Below are positions 39,700-53,124 of a stretch of 64,000 nt of DNA, in pieces (the first letter of the stretch is position 1; the number at the start of each line of letters is the position of its first letter). The stretch spans positions 404,798,001-404,862,000 of the forward strand of contig OZ024740.1 of NCBI GenBank assembly GCA_964016885.1, written 5' to 3'. The translations under genes were made by a program, and so were the position numbers. Below the pieces are notes generated by a model. That model saw only the letters and a list, made by a program, of their open reading frames with translations, was not told the origin of the DNA and searched no databases. The stretch is from Eledone cirrhosa (taxonomy: Eukaryota).

Positions 39700-40239
39700 G
39701 TATATTAACATTTTGGTCTCTTGCCTTGTATGCTCCAGTTAAGTCTTCACTCACTGCCCTCTCCACTCATTATAACTGACTTTCCCATTCACTTTACTAT
39801 ATTGTCTTTGTCTTTTCTAAAACAGTTGAAAAAGTAAATTATTATAGTATGGAAACAAGGTTAGAATTGATGTGTTAGTCATAGAACTTATTAATAATAG
39901 AAATCTACTGTTCAGTATTTGTTTCTATTGCCATCTTGATATGTTCATGGCAGTATTAACACTACCAATACCAACATTAAAGGCAAGACAATGTTTTGAC
40001 AGTAATGTGTTAGATTAAACTAGATAATTAATGAATAGTTGGTTAGTTTACACTTCTAATTTCTAAACCAACTAATGTTAACAGCTGTGTTACATAATAT
40101 CAGTTGAATATAACATGTTATACATGGATTTAATAGCCAAACATAGTTTCTTTAGTTTATTAATATTTGTCCAACATATGCCACCATTTTCCATACTGGT
40201 ATATGTTGGACAACGCAGCATAATTCGAGTCAGTTTTAA

Positions 40240-40444
40240 CCCTTTAACATTTACATTACTCTATATTTATTATTGTATTTTCATGGTAAACACTTTATTT
40301 CATATCATATTGAATCCATGAAATTTTGATATTTATTTTGAGAACAATACCTTAACATCACTATGAGCTGCCTGTTACAGCTGGTTTGAACAGAAAGAGG
40401 TGAGGGAATTCTGGCTGGATATAGTCAGTTTACATGTTAAAGGG
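40240..40444 (-). mobile_element. piggyBac-type MITE (copy 4)
   Basis: TTAA|ccctttaacatttac...catgttaaaggg|TTAA; reverse orientation. Confidence 0.85.
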
Positions 40445-40499
40445 TTAAGGAAAATGTATTGTTGATATAACTATATATTGGTTAAACATACAGAAAAAG

Positions 40500-41170
40500 A
40501 GAGTAGTATTGGAAAGGACTATAAATGCCATAAATGAGAGGAAAAGCAAGGACTACTAGACAAAGGAAGAAAGAAAAGGGGAAGGGGAGAGGGTGACCGA
40601 CCCTATACCTAGGTCAGAGCGGTGTTTTGCCTGTGCCCCATGGACAAAATGGCAAAGGCATATCTGCTGACAATGGTCAGCAACAGCTGCTGTAACAGCC
40701 ATTTAACGTCACGGAGCTCCTTTCTCAGATGGGCTGCTATTAATCTGATTATAGGGAGGAGGTCAGCTGTCCGGGGTTCAAGGATGCCTGAGGTTTTGAT
40801 GATGACCAGTGCAAAGAGGAAGTGGCCGGAGAAGCTCTGGTATTTGCTTGTCTTTCTGTCCTCTGCATTGCAAGCCATGGCACTGGGGTTTATAGCCAAG
40901 ACGACAAAGTTGGCAGCAGAGAATGTGTCTCAGAATGTTGCATCCCAGATGAGGGATTTATCTCTTTCGAATGGGAAGAGGGTAATTCCATCGGGGTGCT
41001 TACTGTCACCATGGTTGAGGCCTACTGGCTCCAGTTGAGATGGGAAATATCTTGAGGCTCTTTTTCATTATGTTGTTGAGAGTGGCATGTTGTGGGATTG
41101 TGGGAACCAGCCTGTGCTCTGACAGCATGTTATGGGTACAGGCTGAACTCACTGATGGCACCTCCACAAC
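40500..41170 (-). mobile_element. CRE-clade LINE 3' fragment
   Basis: [26 protein letters not shown]...KTSKYQ...KTSGILEP; its 3'UTR (ggactataaatg...aaagcaaggact) also occurs at ~35140-35310. Confidence 0.75.
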
Positions 41171-41390
41171 AGCATTTATGTGTCAAAAAAAAAAAATACA
41201 AAACAAAACAAAAAATCCTCTCTACCTGATTTTGTCTCTGTTCATTCACTAGATACCAATATTTAGAGTAGTAACTTTTCTATATCCAAGTCTTCATAAT
41301 CTTAAGATCTTTAGTCACTCTTGAATAGAATTGCTCTATCTTCAAACTTGGCTTCTGTTTTTCAGAGAAAAAAAATACATCATGCATTAA

Positions 41391-41614
41391 CACTTTAGCA
41401 TTTAAACTGGCTATATCGGGCCAGAATTCTCTCCTCCTTCTGTTCAAACCAGTTGTAATTGACCGCTCATACTGATGTTAAGATATTGTTCTCAAAATAA
41501 ATAATATCAATACCTCATAGATTCCATATTATGTGAGATAGTTAAGTTATGTGAGGTAAAAACTTTACCGTGAAAATACAATAGTAAATACAGAGTAATG
41601 TGAATGTTAAAGGG
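41391..41614 (+). mobile_element. piggyBac-type MITE (copy 5)
   Basis: TTAA|cactttagcattta...aatgttaaaggg|TTAA. Confidence 0.85.
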
Positions 41615-42023
41615 TTAAAATACTGAACTATGGAGCTATGTATTGGCAAAGTTATTATGGTCTACTTATACAGAAGATACATTTGTAGCAAATACTGTAG
41701 ATTTCTCCCTATAAATCAATTGTGTATATATTATTTCCTTACTTAGCCACTCATATAATATAATATTGCAAAACAGATCGATATATCCTGACAATAATTA
41801 CATAAAGCAATCTTAAATGAGTTAATTACATTATACAATTTAATTATATAATAAATGTCAAGTAAGTTCATTTATTTTATATATGAATATATATTTAATG
41901 TTACTGGAAAATAATTTAACTTGATATGGTTTTTTTTTTTATTAGTTCAGTATTTTAATGCATTATTTTCCAAAGTAATTCAACATTATCTATTATTATT
42001 TTTATTATTAGTATTACTAGAAA

Positions 42024-42212
42024 GGCGGTGGATTGGCAGTATCGGTAGAGGGTCGGATGCCATGCTTTCCAGCATAGTTACGTCCCTTAACGATCTTAGT
42101 TCAAATCCCGCCGAGGTTGACTTTGCCTTTCATCCTTACGGGGTCGATAAAATAAAGTACCAGTAATGCACTGGGTAATTGCTGGCCTTGTGCCAAAAGT
42201 AGAAACAATTAT
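42024..42212 (+). mobile_element. Full-length tRNA-derived SINE (Meta-domain-like), followed by a degenerate copy to ~42395
   Basis: GGCGGTGGATTGGCAGTATCGG, AGTTCAAATCC, shared core, (ATT) tail. Confidence 0.88.
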
Positions 42213-43002
42213 TAGTATTACTAGTAGAACATTGGACAAAATGCTTTGTTATATTTAGTTACAGTTCTTTACTTCCTGAGTTCAACTCTGCTTTTCACCC
42301 TTCCAGGTCAGTAAAATAAAGTACCAGTTAAGTACTGGGGTTGACTTTCTCTTCCTCTCCAAATTGCTGGCCTTGAACCAAAATTATGAACCTTTATCAA
42401 CATTGTTACTTTGTTGAGTCTGTTGCCAAGGAGGCAGTGAGGGTGAGAAACACTTCCCCCTACTTTTCACATTGAGAAAAACATGGTAATATGATTTTTC
42501 CAAAATTTTATCTGAGAATTATTGGGAATTCGAGTGCCTATCCATTATATTCCAAAGCCACCCAAAGCACCATTGCCTGATAGGCCAGAACTTTGTTTAA
42601 GACTTGGTCATAAGATTTGCTTATCTCATATTCTTGGAGTGACATCTTAATTTTCTGTAGTTATTCCTTTAACTGCAGTTACTGCTGTTGAAGTTTAACC
42701 CCAGGTTAACTCTGACTGAGCAAACTTATGATCAAAACTATTCCATACCTCACCATCCCATTTATTTTCCTGTGTGCAGACAACCTAGGGCCACATTATC
42801 CAATGTGAGTCAGTAATAGCAAGCCAGTGTATATAGATATATGTCTATGTGTCACTAAGACAGAAAGTGGATGTTTGTTAAAGAAGTTTATAAAAACTAT
42901 CTATAAACAGTTTAATCCTTTTGTTGCCATATTTCTAATGAAAGACACTATCTATGATTTTAAAATAATCTTGCAAATAATCAAAAATTTGGAAGGATTT
43001 AG

Positions 43003-45420
43003 CAGGTGACTTCAATCATCCTGAGATCGATTGGGAAACCTTTCGTTGGCCACAAAGTGCAAACGATTTCCTTGAGCTAGTGCTGGACTGAAACTGGTCA
43101 CAAGTAGTCACCTCTCCAACAAGAGGTGACAACACTTTGGACCTGATCTTCACCACTACTCCTGAAGTGGTTATCAGTTGTACTACTGAGGAACCTCTAG
43201 GCGACTCTGATCATGCTATGATCATTGCCAATCTGGCTCTTGCGGGTAGCAACAAAAACCAGAACCATCTCCAATCTGCTTGCTTTGATTGGAAGAAAGC
43301 AGATTGGAACTTGTACTGCACTGAGCTACAGCGCCCAAACTGGCATGAGATGTATAACTCTGGAGATGTGAACACTATACTCCAGAGCATCCTGGACTCA
43401 ATATGGATAGCGTGTGCAGCATTGGTGCCACGTAAGCAGAAAAATAACCACCCCAAAAGTGCAATTTGGGAAACTTCAGTGGTCCGACTTGCCAGGAAAG
43501 AACATCGGAACGCTGAACGGGAATATAAACTGCATAAATCAGATGCCAACAGAAAAAAGCGGAATAAATCTTCTAACCATCTCAAGCAAGTGACAAAGAA
43601 GGCAGTACTTGAATTTGAACAGTGCATAGCAACCAATCCTGACAGTAAGGTGTTCTGGAAATATGTTCATTCAAAGTAGAGACCTCACTCTCCAGTTGGT
43701 CCTCTTTGCAATCCCACCACAAGCCAGATCACTGACGATCCCAAAGAATGCGCAGAACTCATTGCTGAGTGCTATGCAAGTATTTTTACTGTTGAAAACC
43801 AGAATGTACCATCTCCACCATCTCTAACATCAAATTCCATAACAACTATGGAATTTGCACCTGCAATGTTGCGACGTCACCTTAAGAATAAGCGCAACTA
43901 TGCCTTCCCTGGTCTTGATGGTGTTACATACGTGCTTCTCAAACGTGGCGGTTATTTCCTTTTGCACCAGCTTTCTTTCTTCTTTCAATACTGTCTCAAC
44001 AATGGTGCTACTCTGGAGCAGTGGAAAACTGCCAGTGTCATTCCCCTGTTCATAAAGAGCAACCGCATGTCACCTGTCAACTATCGTCCAGTCAGTCTTA
44101 CTAGCTGTATGGCCAAACTGATCGAATCCTGTGTCAGAGAAACACTTTGGAACTTCTGGAGCTCTCACAGCCTCATCTGGCCCTTGCAGTTTGGATTTAT
44201 CCCTAACTCCAGCTGCTGCGATCAGCTTATCGAGTTCCTTGAAGACATCACCCGGATCACTGACAGTGGTTCATGGGTGGATGTTGTTTACCTTGACTTT
44301 GCTAAGGCTTTTAATTTTGTGCCACACAAAAGACTTATGGCAAAACTCTCTGCAATGGGTGTGAGGGATGATCTTTTCGACTGGTTGAAATCCTTCATTC
44401 TCAGCCGAAAAGAGGTAGTCACGGTTCTAGGACAGCATTCTTCACCATATATTAACTTACAGAATGCCACGGTACTGAAATATGCAGATGACATCAAGCT
44501 GTACCTTGAAATCAAAAGGACTGATCCTGAAATCTATAACTCTTTCCTACAATCAGACCTGGACACAATGCAGCAATAGATCACAGACTGGCAACTGAAG
44601 CTGGCTGTGGACAAGTGTACCACCATGCATTTTGGGAGGAAAAATTCAGCGTCCACATACTCCCTCCACAACACTGATATCAAGAAGTCCTCTTGTGAAC
44701 GTGACCTGGGCATTACTGTCAGCAGCGATTTGCGTTGGACAAAGCATGTCTCTAAGATTGTCAAGAAGGCCGAGGGTGTCTTGGCATCACTCAGCAAGAC
44801 CTTTGTTAGCCGCTCTGCAGCCATCTATTTAAAATTGTATACAGCTATGGTACGACCACACTTGGAATTCGCATCATCAGTCTGGAACCCCTATCTTGCT
44901 CAGAACATTGACCGCCTGGAAACTGTTCAGAGACGTGCAACTAAGCACATACCCTCCATCAGACACCTACCCTGGGCATGGATTCATTGAAGCTCCGACG
45001 TCTGGCAATGGACTTGGTAAACACCCACAAAGTTATTAACCATCTCGCCAACAACAACCCTGAGCACCTTTTTGATCTCCATGTGTCTAACACACGTGGA
45101 CATGCCTACAAAATCAGAAAACAACACAGCTCCCATGACTTTCGTAAACATTTTTTCACGCTCAGAGTTGCTGAAGCATGGAACAAACTGCCTGCGTCAG
45201 TTGTTGGCTGCCGAGACACTGCATCCTTTAAGACACTCATGCTTCCCGAAGTACGCCAAAACTGCACCTGATGTGCCCCTTCCAGGCACATGCACACGTG
45301 TATATCATGACTCATGCACTGTTCATTTTCCTGACGTTTGTACATTGCACTGTGTACTATACATGCACTTTTTGATGGGTTGTGGTGCACCTGAGCACTG
45401 TACACAATATTTCATTATTT
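43003..45420 (+). mobile_element. CR1-clade LINE ORF2 (APE C-terminus plus RT), disabled, with internal deletion
   Basis: GDFNHPEIDW, LGDSDH, NYRPVSLTS, YLDFAKAF, YADDIKLY (GVPQGS block missing), RDLGI, VRPHLEFASSVWNP, RGH...FFTLRVAEAWNKLP. Confidence 0.9.
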
Positions 45421-45780
45421 ACCAGTAATGCACTGATAATTTCTGGCCTTGTGCCAAAAGTAGAAACAATTATTATTATTATTATTATAACTAACTTACT
45501 ATTTAGTTGGTGTTTGGAGAAAAAATGATGATAGAAGCTCTTGAGATAAATATAAACAGTTTTGTATCATAGGACCAAGAGGGGTTTCAGATGGTTTAAA
45601 TAAGGTATGACAATAGAATGGGATTTGAGAGAGATTTGGCTGTAATTTGGTGCAGGACAAGTGACCACACAGAGGCTCCCTTGTTAGCTCATTAACTGCA
45701 GTTAGTTCTTAATGCGAAAGATTTTTTAATGCCAGAATATAAAGAAGATTTTAAAAGTGAGATGTGCCCATCATCTAAAC

Positions 45781-46093
45781 CAGAGGTTCTCAAACTTTTT
45801 TAGCAACTGCCCTCCTCGTGGCCACGTAATACCTTCATCGCCCCCACCCCTATTTCCAGAGACACCTACCTACAAATTGTAAATAATGTATGATAAATAA
45901 AATCGTTAATTTATATATAATAAATAATATGATATATACTATGAATAATATTTATATATAATATGTATCATTTGATATTTAATATACTATTATATCATCT
46001 CTACCACCCCAGCGCCCCCTGGACCTTCTCAACGCCTCCCCCTCCCAGGGGGGGGGGGGGGAGCAGCAGTAGCACCCACTATGAGAAACTCTG
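45781..46093. mobile_element. hAT (Charlie-like) MITE
   Basis: TIRs cagaggttctca...tgagaaactctg; 8-bp TSD ATCTAAAC. Confidence 0.88.
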
Positions 46094-46419
46094 ATCTAAA
46101 CCAAATGAATCTCAAATTAGTTTTTGAGAAAACATTGCTTTACAGAACATTTTATCAATTCTTTAAATCTATGTGATCATATTTCTAAAATCTCTTTTCT
46201 GAAAACAAAGCTAACAGATGTTAATCATCTTTAAATATTATTTTTTCTCTTTGCTCACCCAACTTGATGAGATTTTAACCATATTTCCATTTTAAAATAC
46301 AAATGAAAATATTTTAGATAGGATAGTGTTAGTTCATTGATCTGATGTCGTGTTGACATCATATATATAACTGTCGAATGGCCAGAACAGAGCCGTCGGG
46401 GTCCTGAATCTTTTCATAT

Positions 46420-46477
<58 letters not shown>

Positions 46478-46518
46478 GTATATAAATAAGATCAAAAGAT
46501 GGTTAAAAGAGTTCCATG

Positions 46519-46589
46519 TATTTTATTATGTGCATTTCAAAAACAAATATCATCATGCAATAACATTTGTGTTTTCATCAGATAAAATA
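46519..46589 (-). ncRNA. Type I hammerhead ribozyme (mirror copy)
   Basis: Reverse-complement copy of 46724-46794, with stem III ATGCACAT. Confidence 0.8.
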
Positions 46590-46723
46590 GGAGGACATGA
46601 TATGAAGGTTAAAAACACTTGTGGATAGTGCAGTTTTAAATCAACATATGAAAACTACTTTTTATATGTTGATTTAAAACTGCACTATCCACAAGTGTTT
46701 TTAACCTTCATATCATGTCCTCC

Positions 46724-46794
46724 TATTTTATCTGATGAAAACACAAATGTTATTGCATGATGATATTTGTTTTTGAAATGCGCATAATAAAATA
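46724..46794 (+). ncRNA. Type I hammerhead ribozyme (canonical core)
   Basis: Stem I TATTTTAT/ATAAAATA, CTGATGA (46732-38), long AU-rich stem II, GAAA (46775-78), palindromic stem III ATGCGCAT, AUA cleavage triplet (after 46786). Confidence 0.85.
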
Positions 46795-47037
46795 CATGGA
46801 ACTCTTTTAACCATCTTTTGATCTTATATATTATGTATACTCCAGTCCTACAAACTGTAGAGTGCTTCTTATCCGATATCTGCATTGCTTTATTGTACTA
46901 CAATAAAACTCACCTCCTACATATATATATATATATATATGAAAATAGAGAAATTAATGTGAGCAATATATATATATATATATATATATAAATGAAAATA
47001 GAGAAATTAATGTGAGCAATATATATATTTATATATA

Positions 47038-48143
47038 TCATCATCATCGTTTAACGTCCATATTCCACGCTTGCATGGGTTTGGACGGGAGTTTTCCCAC
47101 TTGAGGCAAGAGTGGTTGTCTTGCTCGCATAGGACTGTCTGGCGGGTTTTCTACGGCTGGATGTCCTTCCTAACACCAACCATATTTACAGTGTGGAACT
47201 GAAAGCTTTTTACCGTGTTACCTACACGGCCACATTACAATGTGGACTGTGTGTTTTTTTGTCGTGACACCTACACGACCTCATTTGTTTCGACCTGGAT
47301 GTTGTGGTACCAACATAACTTTACATTGAAAGGGGCGGTGTGGATGGGGTGGGGGTAGTGGGACGGGGGTGTATTTTGTTAGAGATGCCTACTGACTGTA
47401 GTAGGTTTTACTTTGTATTTAGGTAAGGCGGGTCTTCTCTATTACTGAGTACCGCCAAAGATCTCGGTCCAGTGACATTGTCTTGGAGAGGTGTAAGTGT
47501 GTGAGGTCGGAATTTATCAAGTCGTCCCAGGTTTTTCTGGGTCTGCCTACTCCGTGGCTACCATCTATTTTTATTGCCCTGCACTTTTTTATACAGCGGT
47601 CGTCTTTCAAGTGCATCACGTGACCATACCAACGTAGCCTTCTCTCGAGTAAACAACATCTGATCCCTCTTATTTCTAATTTTTCCCTTAGTTCGTTAAT
47701 GCTTTGCCGTTCACGTATATTACTATTACACATCCAGTGGAGCATGCAAGCTTCGTTCCTCTCTAGTCTGCATATATCCTCTGTGCACAATGCCCAGGTC
47801 TCACTGCCATGCAACATTGCTGTTCGTATGCAGGCATCATACAGCCTGCCTTTCATTTTTAGGGAGAACCCTTTAGCGGCTAATAGTGGTATAAGCTCTC
47901 TGAACTTTTTCCATCCAGTTCTGACTCTAGCTACTGTACTTTCAGAGCACCCTCCCCCACTGCTGATTTTGTCACCCAGATGATGGAAGCTGTCCACTAT
48001 TTCTATAGAACCCTCTGTGCAATTGAAAGAGCTAGTATTTTGTGGGCACTTGCTGCTACTTATTGCACCAGAGCACCGGCCACATGTAAAATCTATGTTC
48101 TTAGTTAGCTTACCTGTGATCCCACTACATCTTTTATGCACCC
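47038..48143 (-). mobile_element. 5'-truncated RTE LINE, close relative of the 28487 copy
   Basis: ORF 47419..48141 and 3'UTR nearly collinear with 28487-29600; (TA)n on both sides. Confidence 0.93.
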
Positions 48144-48537
48144 ATATATATATATATAAATGAAAATAGAGAAATTAATGTGAGCAATATATATATATAT
48201 ATGAAAATAGAGAAATTAATGTGAGCAATATATATATATATATATATATAACTGTATTTTAACTTTAATTTTATACCTAATTGTGTATGGTTGACGATAT
48301 ATTTAATCGATTTCCACGTGCTATTGAAATGCTGGGTAAATATTCTATGGCTGTTGATCGTGAATAGGTGGCTATCGTTTATTTATCTATTATTTCTTCA
48401 TAGGTGTCTTTTAATCTTATAGCCTGGTTTAATTGTTTCTTTGTGTGGTTAATTATGCTAATTGGGAGAGGAAATTGAGTATATATCTTATCAAATGATT
48501 CTAAGGACATAATTTATAGTTACAGTTATATATATAT

Positions 48538-48870
48538 GGCTTAGTGGTTAGAGTATTGGGCTTGCAATCGAAAGGTTCTGAGTTCAATTCTCAGACCGGG
48601 TGATGTGTTGTTTCCTTGAGCAAGACACTTTATTTCACATTGCTCCAGTTTACTCAGCTGTAGAAATGAGATGATAGGACTGGGGTCCCTATCATTCCAC
48701 TGCAAAGTAGTCGTGGAGGTGCCACGGAAAAAAAAAGCACTCAGCACTCACTGTAAATGAGGTTGGTGTTAGGAAGGGCATCCAGCTGTAGAAATCAAGC
48801 CAGAATCAGTTCCCATCCCACTTTTGCAAGCAGGGAAAAGCGGATGTAAAATGATGATGATGATGATGAT
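48538..48870 (+). mobile_element. tRNA-derived CORE-type SINE with RTE-derived 3' tail
   Basis: GGCTTAGTGGTTAGAG / GAGTTCAATTC boxes, CCTTGAGCAAGACACTT core, gttaggaagggcatccagctgtagaaa, (GAT)n tail. Confidence 0.85.
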
Positions 48871-49399
48871 ATATATATATATATATAGAGAGAGAAAGAG
48901 AAATAGAAAGAGAAAATTAATATATGGATTGAAGAAAGAGTATATATACTGAGTGGACTGGCAAACAAAGAGTGAGAGATATAGAGGGGGGAAAAATGCT
49001 ATACTTTGTGTCCAAAGAATAGCATTTGTTCACATACATACAGACACACATACATACAAACACACAAATACAAACTCATGCTCACACAAACACACAAACA
49101 CACACATATACATATCCTCCACATTCACTGCCAATGTTGCACTACCATCTTCATGAGAATTATGTGAAGAATATATGTATCTATAGAATACTCAGCCATT
49201 CACATGCTAATCTAACAAAAAAAAACCATTTTATTGACTGAAGAACTGGAACACTCATCTTTTTCTCTATTTATCAAAGTTGAATCAACTAAGAAAAATT
49301 GGATGTTGACTGCCCTGAGTAGGGATCCAAAAACCTTTATGAGATCTCCAAGCCTTCATTGAAACCTTGGGTCTCATTGACCCCAGGCATGTTTAAAAA

Positions 49400-49645
49400 T
49401 TAATCATCATCCTCATCATCATCATTTTTTCACACTAGCATGGGTTAGATGAGTTGTCCTGTTGTGAGCAATGCCAGGTCAGGTGACCATATCTTGCTCA
49501 TACAGAACTGGCTTGGTTTCTACAGCTGGATGCCATTCCTAATGCCAACCTCATTTACAGTGAGTACTGGGTGCTTTTTGTCATGACACCTACATGACCA
49601 CTTTACAGTGTGAGCTGGGTGCTTTTTGTCGTGACACCTACAATC
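49400..49645 (-). mobile_element. RTE 3'-end/SINE fragment
   Basis: Collinear with the RTE 3'UTR at 25812-26070. Confidence 0.7.
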
Positions 49646-51786
49646 TCTTCTGTAGTCATATTCGTGCTTGGGGATTAATGTTGGCCAAGAGGACTGCTCC
49701 AGTTGTCTCCCTTCCAAAACCTTATATTCTGAATTCCTTTTTACTAGACACAAATGTAATTTTTCAATGAGAGATGTTTAGTTAGTTGAATTTATCTAGT
49801 GTATTATTACTGGTTTGTAATTTATCAACTCCAAAGGAAAGCCAACTATAGGATTATTTGAACACCAAGAGATTAATACAAAGCTCTAACATGCCTGCTT
49901 ACTTAACTTCCTTAAAAGTCTAACATGTTAATCTCGTAAAATACTGTGTTCTTTCTAATGTAGTAGAGAAACCAGTTATTGCTACCTATTGACAGATCCA
50001 GGTGCAGCTATTATCAATATTTGATCAGTTATTTTCAGCTCTATTGTCAGTTGTATGTCTGTAATAAAGTTACTCTAACATAACCTCAAAGGTGTCACAT
50101 GAAACATTCAGACAGATATTTTAGTACAGTTTAATGGAGTAATTTCCTCAATAGAATCTGAAAATAAATAACAAAAACAAAAAACAAAAATAAAAACAAA
50201 AACAAACAAAAAGCAAAAAAAAAACCGCACACACACACATACATACACACACACACACATACATACACACACACACACATACAACAAACAACAACAAAAT
50301 TAATCTTCTTTCGAGACGCCAAATAGCAATCATTAATTTTCATTTGCTCATAAATGACAAATGTATTTTGTTGAAGAACTGGTGCGACATATTGTATTTT
50401 CTCTCTCTATATTTTTGATGTTACATGTCACATGTTTTTTAAACTGTTTCATTCTGAATACTTTTTTTGTATAGTTCTGTTCTTTCTAATTCAATCAGCT
50501 ACATCATTCAGGATGTAAACATCTCTATATTTTTATGTAACAATGAAATGTGATCCAGGAAGCAGCAGAATTTGAAAGAAAGGGTTATAATTCACTAGGA
50601 ATGTAAATGGAAGAGAAAGACAGGAGGGTTATGAAATCTGTCAGATATTGTTTGTTAATAGATTACAACAGACATTGAGATATCTCAATAGTAATAGATG
50701 AGATAACGGGCAGATATATTATAGTGAGGAGCCAAGGATCATGAAGTTAAGTTTATTTTTATATTATTGTACTTTGGGAGGGTCATAATATCATTAGTCA
50801 AGGGTAGGAAAAATCTGGGGAAGAATCTAGAGATAAGCTCTCAAATTTCAATCCTCCACTTTCTCAACCAGATCTGATAATATTTAAAACATATCAGATA
50901 CTGAGCAATATTAACAAATACAGACTATAATGGCTTTGAACTGGAGATATACCATTGAACTACATTTTATAATGAACAGATCATAGAGAATCATCTTTAT
51001 GTTCTTGTGGAGACTTCCCAGAAACTCTTTGGCATTATTTGTTCCTAAGTAGAATCTACCAGTCTGAAGCCAATCATTAAAAAAACTACCAAGATTGGAG
51101 ATACAATATGTCGTAAAACATTTGAATATGTATTTGACAAGGTTTTAATATTCTGTTCTATGTTACCATCCTTCATGATATTCCAGCTCTTTATATACTT
51201 CTATCTATTTCACACCTTTACATTAATTACAACTACTGTAGAAATTCTCACTTTAAAATATAGCATTTAATCTAGGGAAATAATTTTCAATTTTATTATA
51301 ATTGTGTAACTTCTGAAGCAATTCTGTTTCTTTCTACACATTATTTCATGACGTCAACAAGTCAATGTCAGTTAGTGTATTGAGAAGAATATACTGAAGT
51401 AGTCTTTTTGTTTTGTTTTTCTGTGAATAAGTATAAAACCTCAGACATTTTTGAATGGAGAAAATGGCAAGTTAACTAACCATGCCTTTCTAAGCAACAT
51501 GAAACAAACATCATCAGCATCAACTTAATGAGTCTTGGTAGGCTTGAACACTTTAAAGATGCTTACAGCTCTTCCAAGCTAAAGAATAGAATCAAATATG
51601 GGTCACAAAATGAGCTCATTTTGAGTTCACCTTCCACACAAGAAAGCATTCTGATCTGATATACAGTGAGCCTATATTTTACATGTTTTTAATTGTATAA
51701 TTTTGAACATATGCAGTTGGAAAATATATTTTAAAAAATTTTTTAAAGCTGTAAAACTCTTAACGTCCTGTTCCAAATGAAATTGA

Positions 51787-51950
51787 ATCATTTAATGAAG
51801 AGAAAACTTTAACTGCTACCACTGTCCTTCTTTTTCTTTTGTATAATTTAATGAAGAGAAAAATTTTAACTGCTACCACTGTCCTTCTTTTTCTGTTGTA
51901 TCATTTAATGAAGAGAAAAACTTTAACTGCTACCACTGTTATTCTTTTTC
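51787..51950. repeat. ~56-bp tandem repeat x3
   Basis: atttaatgaagagaaaa..tttaactgctaccactgt repeated three times. Confidence 0.85.
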
Positions 51951-53124
51951 TGAGTTTTCTCAACTTCAACAGAATCTTATATTATGCTGCCTCTAAAACA
52001 TTGACATATATAGGCACTTAAAAGGTCTTGAACATATGCAGTTTTTAAATAATGCTGGGTTTTGGAGAACCTATTGCCTGTGTAAGATGCAAGCTCACTG
52101 TATTTTAACAACACAGACTATCTTATATTCTGAGACATTGTGATTGTATTCAGATGTAACAAAACTATAAGATTTCATACTTTAAGAAATTTATATTATT
52201 TATTTCTTGTATTTGGTCATATTCTTGAATTTAAACGGACTGGCAGTAAAAAGGGTCTCATACTTCTTTTGTTTTTCTGTTATTTCCTAAGGGAGTTTTT
52301 TTACCAGCTTCTTTAGTTAACCAAGAGAAGCTGGTAAAAAAAAATTCCCTAGGGAAATAATAGAAAGGCAAAAGAAATGATACTGAACAAAATCAAAAAC
52401 AATGCCACCAACACAATAGTAACAGCAACAATAGTAACAGCAACAACAATAACAAAAAAAAAAGAAAATCATCAGGTGCAGTGCCCACTCAGGGTGTTGC
52501 ACCAAAGCCTGGTGATTATATCAGAGTCAGTATTAGGGTTGTTAGCAACTCTTGTTACAAGTTAATCTTTTGTGTCCATGTAACAAGAAAGTACAGGCAC
52601 CAAAATGGCAGAGTCATTAGATAGAACACTTTGTTCATTAGACTCTCTGCAGTCTGAGTTAAAATCTTGCCATGATCAACTTTGCCTTTCATCCCTTTGA
52701 AGTCAATAATTAAAATATCAGTTGAGTATTGGGTTAATTTTTCCTGTCTTTTTCTCACTTTATCTTTCACTCACCTGAAGAAATCAGTTTTGTCTAGACA
52801 TGGAGAGGGATGAGCTTTGCCAGGTTTTAAAATGCCCAAGACATGCTGTATATCATGATGGTACAATATGACTCCTGTTACTGAAGCTAAAAAACAATAA
52901 TAAATTACATATTTGTATAATGTGACTTCAAAGTACAGCCTTGTCTATGTAAAGGTTTTTGTGAACTTATACCATGTTATCCACCAAAATCTCCATTTCG
53001 CACATTTATTTCACAATATTTAGTTTCTTAAGTTGTTAAATATAAAATAATCAAATTTTTAGCATTTTGTCAATCTTATCCTATTTTCCATTTCAATACA
53101 ATTTAAGATAAATGACATGCTGGT

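Larger units (their letters stand above)
46486..46827. repeat. Near-perfect 342-bp palindrome (164-bp arms, 14-nt spacer) in (TA)n
   Basis: 46486-46649 is the reverse complement of 46664-46827; I saw one mismatch. Confidence 0.95.

Noticed and set aside
42024-42115. tRNA genes at A/B-box sequences (also 13145, 15040, 48538, 53748)
   Set aside because: No full cloverleaf; each continues into a shared SINE body and simple-repeat tail.
46368-46416. Short GC-rich insert between TA tracts as an HDV-like ribozyme
   Set aside because: Too short, and I could not build the nested double pseudoknot on either strand.
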